A DNA stretch of 64,000 nucleotides from Candidatus Liptonbacteria bacterium (lineage in GTDB: Bacteria; Patescibacteriota; Minisyncoccia; UBA6257; 2-01-FULL-56-20): contig VGJV01000001.1 in assembly GCA_016867315.1 (NCBI GenBank), positions 194,649 through 258,648 of the forward strand. Reading direction: 5' to 3'. This document shows positions 18,176 to 25,073 of the stretch, in pieces (the stretch's first letter is position 1; each line of letters opens with the position of its first letter). Below the pieces are notes generated by a model. The model was not told the DNA's origin. It was given only the letters and a program-made list of their open reading frames with translations, and made no database searches. The position numbers were made by a program, and so were the translations under genes.

Positions 18176-19450
18176 ATGCCTCTTTCGAAACGGCAACTTA
18201 TCATTATTGGAGTAGCTTTTGTGCTTGTCGTCGGCATCGGAGCTCTTTTTGTGTTCGGGGGCATGAAAAAGAAACTTCCCGAGGTGAGTTTGGTGGTGTG
18301 GGGGACGGAGAGTCCGGCCGTGTTCGAGCATCTCACTAAGCCGTACGAGAAGGTCCGCCGCAATGTGAAAATTACTTATGTAGAACTTTTGCCGGATCGA
18401 TATGAAGCCGCAATTCTCGAGGCGCTCGCGTCGGGGCAGGGGCCGGATGTGTTTATGATCGGGAATCGTGATCTTTTGTCCCAGCGCAATAAGTTGTTGC
18501 CTGCGCCGGTTACTACGTTTTCCCTAGCTCAGGTGCGGGAATTTTTCCCGACAGTCGTCGAAGATGATTTCGTGGACGGGGGATATGTGTATGCGCTCCC
18601 GCTTTCGATCGATACTTTGGCGCTTTTCTATAATAAAGATCTTTTGGATCGTGCGGCGATCACCACTCCGCCTGCTACTTGGGAAGAGTTGCTTTCAATA
18701 ATCGAACCCCTTCGCTCGATTGGCAGTCGGGGAGAACTCGGACGTGCAGCCGCGGCATTGGGGGGCACGATGCGGACGATTGTCACCGCGCCGGATATTC
18801 TCCAGCTGCTTTTTATGCAAAATGGGGTGCGGATGCTTTCGGAAGGAGGAGCGTCTGCGGCATTTGCGTCGGGAGAAGAAGTAGGGAGGGCGGTAAATGC
18901 GCTTCGATATTATTTACAATTTGCGGATGCAGGCAGTGCGGTCTATACCTGGAATGAAAGCCAGTCTCCTTCGCGCGAAGCCTTTGCAGCAGGGAAGGCG
19001 GCGATGATTCTCGACTATCAATCCATTTTGGGAGAAATGCGACGGCAGAGCCCGTTCTTGCGGATCGGAGTCGCGCCTGCGCCACAGTTAACTGCGGAGG
19101 CAATCGCGTTCCCGAAATATAAGGGGCTTACGGTATCGCGGCAGAGTTTCAAAGGAGATTGGGCATGGGATTTTGTGGTGCATGCGGCCACGAATCCCGG
19201 GGATTATCTGGTGGCTACCGGAGCGCCGCCGGCCTTGCGCAATGAAATTGCGCGGCGCTTGGGAGATCCGGAGCTCGACGTGTTCGCCCGGCAAGCTCTC
19301 ATTGCTCGATCGTGGCGGATGCCCGCGGAAAAAAATACAAACGCGATTTTTGATGAGATGCTGCGTACAGTGCTTTTGGGACAGGTACAACCCCGTATTG
19401 CGCTCGAGCGCGCGGAAGCAAAGGTGACGCAGTTATTGCAGGGCAGGTGA
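18176..19450 (+). CDS. extracellular solute-binding protein (ABC-transporter SBP family 1-like), orphan
   Basis: N-terminal signal anchor and 'LLPDRYEAAILEALASGQGPDVFMIGNRDL', typical of MalE-like SBPs. No permease or ATPase genes lie adjacent. Confidence 0.55.
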   Translation: MPLSKRQLIIIGVAFVLVVGIGALFVFGGMKKKLPEVSLVVWGTESPAVFEHLTKPYEKVRRNVKITYVELLPDRYEAAILEALASGQGPDVFMIGNRDLLSQRNKLLPAPVTTFSLAQVREFFPTVVEDDFVDGGYVYALPLSIDTLALFYNKDLLDRAAITTPPATWEELLSIIEPLRSIGSRGELGRAAAALGGTMRTIVTAPDILQLLFMQNGVRMLSEGGASAAFASGEEVGRAVNALRYYLQFADAGSAVYTWNESQSPSREAFAAGKAAMILDYQSILGEMRRQSPFLRIGVAPAPQLTAEAIAFPKYKGLTVSRQSFKGDWAWDFVVHAATNPGDYLVATGAPPALRNEIARRLGDPELDVFARQALIARSWRMPAEKNTNAIFDEMLRTVLLGQVQPRIALERAEAKVTQLLQGR

Positions 19451-19451
19451 T

Positions 19452-19479
19452 ACTTATAACTTATAACTTATGACTTATA
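19452..19479. repeat. 4 x heptamer tandem repeat ACTTATA(A/G) overlapping the start codon and -10-like boxes of paralog 1
   Basis: ACTTATAACTTATAACTTATGACTTATA. The ATG at 19470 lies inside unit 3, and TATAAC boxes lie 2 and 9 nt upstream. Confidence 0.6.
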
Positions 19480-20084
19480 ACGAGGGGCGTACGAAAAGAC
19501 TCGCGATTGTCATATTAGGATTGGCCTTTTTTTCACTTGCGTACTTCGCCCACGCGCTCGATCTGAATTATCTCGGGGCGGATGCGGTGAGGGAGCAGGT
19601 GGCGGCGCATCCGAGTTGGAAAACACCTGGGGTTTATGAGGCCACGCTTGGAGGAGATTCGGTGGATTTTATTCTGACGGATTCGCCTCCGGCGCAACCC
19701 AAGTCTTCGGCGCAGACAGGCACGAATAGAGGCTTAGGATTTCCTTACTGGCCTTCGGAACTATTACCACTATTGCCTTGCACAGGAACCAACTGCGTTA
19801 ATTTTTGCCAGCTCCTTACCTTTTTCCAGCGGTTGATTTATTTTGGAATGACTTTGGCGGTGGAAATCATTGCGCCGGTGTTTCTTATCTGGGGGATGTT
19901 CATGATTCTCATATCAGCGGGATCGAGTGAACGACTCGGTCAAGGCAAGACGATACTCACTACTACTATAGTAGGGGTAGTCCTTGCGCTTGGAGCGTTT
20001 CTTATCGTGAGCACTTTGCTTTGGCTTTTGGGGAACCCAGCAAGTGGAGGAGTGAGTTGGCCTAATGTCGCCTGCGTGATTTAA
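19470..20084 (+). CDS. paralog 1 of secreted two-TM small-protein family (VirB2/TrbC-pilin-like topology), with extended N-terminal domain
   Basis: Signal peptide, then ~110-aa Cys-containing region, then TM1-'SAGSSERLGQGKT'-TM2 shared with the three downstream paralogs. Confidence 0.5.
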   Translation: MTYNEGRTKRLAIVILGLAFFSLAYFAHALDLNYLGADAVREQVAAHPSWKTPGVYEATLGGDSVDFILTDSPPAQPKSSAQTGTNRGLGFPYWPSELLPLLPCTGTNCVNFCQLLTFFQRLIYFGMTLAVEIIAPVFLIWGMFMILISAGSSERLGQGKTILTTTIVGVVLALGAFLIVSTLLWLLGNPASGGVSWPNVACVI

Positions 20085-20091
20085 TTACCGT

Positions 20092-20442
20092 ATGTTCAAG
20101 AAAGCCCTACTTTGTTTGTTGCTGGTGTTGGGGTGGGTATCTATGGTTTCAGCCGATACGGGCAAACCGCCGAGCCGTACGTCGGTAAACTTGGTCAATC
20201 CTCTGGGGACGGATAATTTACAGGTAGCTTTGGAGCGGGCGGTCCCGCTTCTTATCGCGATTGCTGCACCTCTCGCCACCATTATGGTGCTTTATGGTGC
20301 GTTTCTCTTGATGACTTCGGCGGGTAATGAAGAGAAGATCAGTAAGGGAAGGGCGGCTATTTTTTGGGCGGCAGTTGGTTTTTTGGGAGTGCTCGTGGCG
20401 GGGTCTATCGTACCGGTGATTCGGAGCGTGTTCGGTAATTAG
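20092..20442 (+). CDS. paralog 2 of secreted two-TM small-protein family (VirB2/TrbC-like)
   Basis: SP 'MFKKALLCLLLVLGWVSMVSA', TM1, loop 'TSAGNEEKISKGRA', TM2 'AIFWAAVGFLGVLVAGSIV'. Confidence 0.55.
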   Translation: MFKKALLCLLLVLGWVSMVSADTGKPPSRTSVNLVNPLGTDNLQVALERAVPLLIAIAAPLATIMVLYGAFLLMTSAGNEEKISKGRAAIFWAAVGFLGVLVAGSIVPVIRSVFGN

Positions 20443-20458
20443 AATGCGGACTTTGTCT

Positions 20459-20743
20459 TTAGTGTAAATGCTTTTTTGCAAACGCGAACCCGGAACCTTG
20501 TTTTAAATATTTCTCGAAGGCGAGCGCTTTTGATTTGTCTTGAAAAGCGCAGTGCCATACCAGCTCAAAAGGCGCTTTGGTGCTTGAATAAGGTGAAGAA
20601 CCAGCATTGTGTTCTATAAGGCGCTTTTGCACATTTTCCGTGCAGCCTGTGTAATAGCTTCCGTCCTTAAGACTTTTCAGGATATAAACGCAATGCATAG
20701 AGAAATTATACTGCCCTACTTCGCTAAAGCTACGAAGGGCCAC
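20459..20743 (-). CDS. GIY-YIG nuclease superfamily protein (YhbQ/UPF0213-like)
   Basis: 'VYILKSLKDGSYYTGCTENVQKRLIEHN' is a canonical GIY-YIG motif; 94 aa; inserted antisense between paralogs 2 and 3. Confidence 0.7.
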   Translation of the reverse strand: MALRSFSEVGQYNFSMHCVYILKSLKDGSYYTGCTENVQKRLIEHNAGSSPYSSTKAPFELVWHCAFQDKSKALAFEKYLKQGSGFAFAKKHLH

Positions 20744-20860
20744 TGCTTCGCTTAACTTCAGTAGTATATATAGCTACTTGCACTGCGAAGCTTTAGCGAA
20801 GTAGTGGTTGTGGAAATCTGGAGTTGAACAATTTAGAAAAGAAGAGATATACTGAACTTA

Positions 20861-21337
20861 ATGAAAATATACCGGGGGTTGGGGGTATTTGGCGGGCTTA
20901 TTTTAGGAGGGCTGCCCTTTTTTGCATTTGCACAAACCGTCCAGCCTATCACCGTAAGGAACATTCAGGGGGTGGAGGGGCTTATCTATAAGGTGGTGGA
21001 TTGGGTATTTCTTTTCCTGATCGCGATCTCGATCCTCATGATCCTCGTCGCTGCATATTACTATATGACGGCGCAGGGGAATTCGGAGAAGGTTTCGAAG
21101 GGGCATAAAACGATTACCTGGGCGGCGGTGGGGATTATGGTAGCGCTGCTTGCGAAGGGGGTACCTGCGATTGTCAGGTCTATTTTTGCTGCTGATGGAG
21201 TTCCAGCTAATCAAGCCGGGGTGCAGACTGCTCCCCGATCCTCACCTTCTTCCCTCCCCCCTGCTCAACTCCCCGGAACGAGGCCCGCATTACCTCCTGC
21301 AGGATCATTGACTCCCGGGGCGCCGGCGGTGCAGTGA
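20861..21337 (+). CDS. paralog 3 of secreted two-TM small-protein family, with Pro-rich C-terminal tail
   Basis: SP, TM1, 'TAQGNSEKVSKGHK', TM2 'ITWAAVGIMVALLAKG', then a P/A/S-rich 45-aa tail. Confidence 0.55.
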   Translation: MKIYRGLGVFGGLILGGLPFFAFAQTVQPITVRNIQGVEGLIYKVVDWVFLFLIAISILMILVAAYYYMTAQGNSEKVSKGHKTITWAAVGIMVALLAKGVPAIVRSIFAADGVPANQAGVQTAPRSSPSSLPPAQLPGTRPALPPAGSLTPGAPAVQ

Positions 21338-21429
21338 GTTGAGAGAAGAGAACTCAGTATGCTACACTTCTTACGACGTATTTTCTCGAAAGGTCGAAGT
21401 GACGTGAATGAGTAAGAGAGACTAAACAC

Positions 21430-21810
21430 ATGGCGAAATTTACGAAATGGGCGGCTCCAGTGGTAAGCACGTTGCTCCCAATGATCACAATGGCACAGGG
21501 CTCGAACCCACGGCGGCCAGCGGGAGGATCTGAAGCTCCGGCTCCCATTACTACTTTGGGCGGAGCTTTCGATATTCTCTGTAACGTTTTGGGATGGATC
21601 TTCATCCTTCTTATCGTACTCGCGGTATTCTTCGTGATCGTGGCGGCATTCCGCTACTTGATGGCGGGAGGGGAGCCGGAGAAGGTGGGAGCTGCAAACC
21701 ACACGTTGATCTATGCAGCGGTCGCAGTGGTCGTTGCAATCATCGCGCGCGGTATCCCTATTATTATCGCGAACTTCTTCAACGTGGGAGTTGTAGGAAC
21801 AGTTTGTTAA
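21430..21810 (+). CDS. paralog 4 of secreted two-TM small-protein family
   Basis: SP 'MAKFTKWAAPVVSTLLPMITMAQG', TM1, 'MAGGEPEKVGAANH', TM2. Confidence 0.55.
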   Translation: MAKFTKWAAPVVSTLLPMITMAQGSNPRRPAGGSEAPAPITTLGGAFDILCNVLGWIFILLIVLAVFFVIVAAFRYLMAGGEPEKVGAANHTLIYAAVAVVVAIIARGIPIIIANFFNVGVVGTVC

Positions 21811-21830
21811 TCTTGACCTTTGGCTGATAA

Positions 21831-21860
21831 AAACCCTCCGTCATGGAGGGTTTTTGTTTA
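21831..21860 (+). terminator. intrinsic terminator after the paralog array
   Basis: AAACCCTCC-GTCAT-GGAGGG followed by TTTTTGTTT. Confidence 0.6.
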
Positions 21861-21896
21861 GAGGAAGCTGTGGTAGATATGTAGTGGTGTAGGAAT

Positions 21897-21979
21897 GCCG
21901 GGATGGTGAAATGGGAGACACGCAGCGCTTAGAACGCTGTATCCGCAAGGATATGGAGGTTCGATTCCTCCTCCCGGCA
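21897..21979 (+). tRNA. tRNA-Leu (anticodon TAG), type II with long variable arm
   Basis: Acceptor GCCGGGA/TCCCGGC, anticodon stem CAGCG/CGCTG with loop CTTAGAA, variable arm ATATCC-GCAA-GGATAT, T-arm GGAGG-TTCGATT-CCTCC, discriminator A. Confidence 0.85.
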
Positions 21980-22038
21980 CAAAAGGGGTACGGAGCGGGA
22001 CCCACAGTTGGTTATACTAGTTCAATGAATGTTTTAGG

Positions 22039-23058
22039 GTGGCGACTTTTATATGGAGTGGGTTTTTTGGCGCTTTTTTTTTGGTTCTTGGGATTGAGTT
22101 GGTGGCCCCTGGAGTTTTTACCATTACTCCCGTGGGAGAGTTGCCGCTTGAGGACTATGTAGCCATGGAAGCGGACCTGGTGCAGGTGCTCCAACAAGAA
22201 GGAGTGCGCCCTGCTCTTTTGGAACTCATTACCGCTGCTCAAGCCGACTCTCGGGTGATGAATTCGTGTCATTCTCTTGCGCATACTTTAGGGAGAGCTG
22301 CGCTCCGTTATGTGGGGGATTTTGGAGAGGCCTTCATGTATCAAGATGAGTTTTGCAATTCTGGTTTTATTCACGGCATACTCGAAGAACGATTTAGTGA
22401 TTCTTTGAATGTAGAAAAGGATATGAGAATGGCCTGCGAAAGCTCTTCGCCCAATATGTTTGAATATTGGCAGTGTCACCATGGAGTAGGACACGGGCTC
22501 ATGTTCTATTCGGAAAATGATCTTCCTGCGTCGCTCGATCTTTGTGATGCCTATTCAGTAGAAATGGCTCGATCTGCATGCAGGAACGGAGTTTTTATGG
22601 AGAACTTTAATGTAGATGGAAAGCTGCATCTATCTCAATATCTCAATCCTCACGACCCATTCGTTCCTTGTGCATCACTTCCTTATCAGGAAGAATGTTA
22701 TCTCTATGCTCCCATTTATATTTTAAGTTTGAATCGTGGAGCTTTGGAGATGGTAGTGCAATTTTGTGATCGTGCTCCTTCTCCTTTCGATGTAATGTGT
22801 GCGAGAGGAGCAGGATTCCAAATTTTGAAGCGTAATGTGCAGGAGGCCGCTTTTGTCCAGGAGTTGTGTATGCGCGCTTTTACTCAGGATCAAAGGAGTG
22901 GTTGTATCGAAGGGATGGTTAATTTTTATGTGCATCACTACGGAGGAAATACCAAGGAAGCCTTACATCTTTGTCGGGAAGTGCGCAGTCAATATTCTGC
23001 TCTCTGTCGCGCTCATGTGGATTTTCTGCGAGAGTACTACTCCTTAGAAGCTATCTAA
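22039..23058 (+). CDS. Cys/His-rich membrane-anchored hypothetical protein (N-terminus ambiguous around a T10 homopolymer)
   Basis: Repeated C..G/HG motifs (CHSLAHTLG, CNSGFIHG, CHHGVGHG, CRNGVF). Alternative in-frame N-termini exist in two frames either side of the T-run at about 22072-22082. Confidence 0.45.
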   Translation: MATFIWSGFFGAFFLVLGIELVAPGVFTITPVGELPLEDYVAMEADLVQVLQQEGVRPALLELITAAQADSRVMNSCHSLAHTLGRAALRYVGDFGEAFMYQDEFCNSGFIHGILEERFSDSLNVEKDMRMACESSSPNMFEYWQCHHGVGHGLMFYSENDLPASLDLCDAYSVEMARSACRNGVFMENFNVDGKLHLSQYLNPHDPFVPCASLPYQEECYLYAPIYILSLNRGALEMVVQFCDRAPSPFDVMCARGAGFQILKRNVQEAAFVQELCMRAFTQDQRSGCIEGMVNFYVHHYGGNTKEALHLCREVRSQYSALCRAHVDFLREYYSLEAI

Positions 23059-23065
23059 GAGTGTT

Positions 23066-23950
23066 TTATTTTCTTCTTCTGCCGTGAAAGGCTTTGTGCG
23101 CGTCGCGGAGTTCTTGATTCGTGAGGTGCGTGTAGATTTGCGTGGTCGAGATATTTGCATGTCCTAACAGCTCCTGTACGGAGCGGATGTCCGCCCCATT
23201 CATTAAAAGGTCGGTGGCAAAGGAATGGCGAATTTGGTGAGGGTGAATTCGCTTCGGGATCCCCGCTTCGATTGCACGTTGGGCGACCATTCGTTCGACG
23301 GCGCGGGGGGTGATCCGGCCTAAAGGGTTGCCCGTGCGGGTGAGACTTATAAAGAGGGCGGGATCTACATCACCGCGTTTTTCCAAATAATTTTTGATAG
23401 CTTTTCTTCCTTGCTCCGAAAAAAACACTACGCGCAGTTTGTCTCCTTTGCCTCGCACCGTGGTTTCGCCGCGTTCGAGATCTATCGTTCTATCGAGCGA
23501 GCAGAGTTCGGAGAGCCGGAGGCCAGTGGAGAAAAGAGTTTCCAGAATTGCGCGATCCCGGAGGCTTCTGAGAGATGTGCTTTTGGGGGCGTCTAAAAGA
23601 CGCTCAAGCTCTTTGTAATCTAATACTTCGATTTGCCGCGCTTGAGGTTTGGGGAGCTCTATTTTTTCAGGAGCGGTAACCTCATAATCCCGCTTTATTA
23701 AATATTTTAGGAAGTTGCGGATCGCGATTACGTAATAACTTTGCGTGATTTTTTTTATGTCTCTTCGGGCCAGAGTCAGGCGGAACTCCCGGATTTTGGT
23801 TTCGGTGAGGTCCCGGGGAGTTTTGGGAGTCGCGAATTTAAAAAATTCCCGTAGATGCCGCTCATAACTTTCCCGAGTCTTCGGAGAGCGATTTTTCTCG
23901 ATTTCGAGATAATTCAGATAGTCTTGAAGCAGTTTTTCGATCTCGGTCAT
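23066..23950 (-). CDS. tyrosine site-specific recombinase XerC/XerD-like (start taken at MTEIEK)
   Basis: C-terminal catalytic 'HQIRHSFATDLLMNGADIRSVQELLGHANISTTQIYTHL' with R..H..R..Y residues. The track ORF extends to 24154 but has an implausible leader. Confidence 0.85.
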   Translation of the reverse strand: MTEIEKLLQDYLNYLEIEKNRSPKTRESYERHLREFFKFATPKTPRDLTETKIREFRLTLARRDIKKITQSYYVIAIRNFLKYLIKRDYEVTAPEKIELPKPQARQIEVLDYKELERLLDAPKSTSLRSLRDRAILETLFSTGLRLSELCSLDRTIDLERGETTVRGKGDKLRVVFFSEQGRKAIKNYLEKRGDVDPALFISLTRTGNPLGRITPRAVERMVAQRAIEAGIPKRIHPHQIRHSFATDLLMNGADIRSVQELLGHANISTTQIYTHLTNQELRDAHKAFHGRRRK

Positions 23951-23996
23951 GGGGAGTCTGTTTGGACCCTTATATTTTACGACATTTAAGGAGAAT

Positions 23997-24031
23997 TTGC
24001 TCTTTCCCTCGTTTTCCCGTATAATCTCCCC
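23997..24031 (+). promoter_or_regulatory. sigma70-like promoter for a leaderless rpsO mRNA (-35 TTGCTC, 17-nt spacer, -10 TATAAT, ATG 7 nt downstream)
   Basis: TTGCTC at 23997-24002, TATAAT at 24020-24025, ATG at 24032; no Shine-Dalgarno sequence. Confidence 0.45.
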
Positions 24032-24298
24032 ATGCTTACGAAGCGGGTAAAAGCCCGAATTATTGGGGAGCATCAGGACCACGACAAAGATACCGGCTCT
24101 GCCACGGTGCAGGTGGCGGTACTTTCGCGGCAAATTGATGATCTCGCGACTCATTTAAAGAAACATCCTAAAGATAACCACTCTCGGCGCGGGCTTTTGA
24201 AGATGGTGAGCCAGCGGCGGAAACTTTTGGCATATCTCAAACGGCGTGAACTTTCGACGTACGAAAAAGTTATTAAGAAATTAGGTCTCAAGAAATAA
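24032..24298 (+). CDS. rpsO: 30S ribosomal protein S15
   Basis: 'DTGSATVQVAVLSRQIDDLATHLKKHPKDNHSRRGLLKMVSQRRKLLAYLKRRELSTYEKVIKKLGL' aligns along its whole length to S15. Confidence 0.9.
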   Translation: MLTKRVKARIIGEHQDHDKDTGSATVQVAVLSRQIDDLATHLKKHPKDNHSRRGLLKMVSQRRKLLAYLKRRELSTYEKVIKKLGLKK

Positions 24299-24422
24299 TT
24301 AATATTTATTAAATTAACGCGAGACTCTGCCGGGAACGAGCAGGGAATACGTGAGGGCGAATAAGAAAGTTTGTTCTTCCTCACCTGTTCCTCCTTCGGC
24401 CCGAGAGCGAAGTGAACCTCTT

Positions 24423-24995
24423 ATGGCAACAACCGATCATTACTCGAACCAGCAGCGTGTGGGCATTTTCATTGATGTCCAGAATTTGTATCATTCCGCG
24501 AAAAATCTTTACCGCGGCCGGGTGAATTATCGCGAGCTCGTGCGCCACTTGGTGGGGGATCGGCAACTTATCCGCACGTTGGGATACGTGGTGCGGAGTG
24601 AAGGGATCATCGACACTTTACCTTTAAAGGCTAATCGTCCCGATGTGCCCGAAGGCGCCCATCTTTCTTCGGAGGCGGCATTTTTCGAAGCGCTCGAAAA
24701 AGCAGGAATCGAATTGCGGCTTAAAGATATTCAAGTATACGCGGGAGGCTCTAAGAAGGCAGACTGGGATGTGGGGATGGCCGTGGACGCCATTCGCATG
24801 GCCTCGTTTCTCGATGTGATCATTTTGGTAACGGGAGACGGCGATTTTATTCCCCTCGTCGATTATTTGAAATGGGGGATGGGAAGACTTGTCGAGGTCG
24901 CCGCATTTCGTCGAAGCGCATCGTCCAAGTTGCAGGAGGCAGCGGATCGGTTTATCAACGTCGAAGAAATTCCCAAAATAATCATTCGTAAATAG
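24423..24995 (+). CDS. NYN-domain (LabA-like, PIN-like) ribonuclease-family protein
   Basis: 'VGIFIDVQNLYHSAKNLY...DVIILVTGDGDFIPLVDYLK' is the NYN/DUF88 signature. The track ORF starts at 24351; ATG 24423 is preferred. Confidence 0.65.
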   Translation: MATTDHYSNQQRVGIFIDVQNLYHSAKNLYRGRVNYRELVRHLVGDRQLIRTLGYVVRSEGIIDTLPLKANRPDVPEGAHLSSEAAFFEALEKAGIELRLKDIQVYAGGSKKADWDVGMAVDAIRMASFLDVIILVTGDGDFIPLVDYLKWGMGRLVEVAAFRRSASSKLQEAADRFINVEEIPKIIIRK

Positions 24996-25073
24996 CTTTT
25001 AGCTTCGAGCTTTAAGCTGTAAGTAAAGAGTCAAACACTTAAACCTAAAAACTAGAACCTTAAAGCTACTCAT

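Noticed and set aside
23951-24154. N-terminal 68 codons of track ORF 23066..24154 (recombinase)
   Set aside because: The extension overlaps the rpsO promoter and start and has an implausible composition. MTEIEK at 23950 matches Xer N-termini
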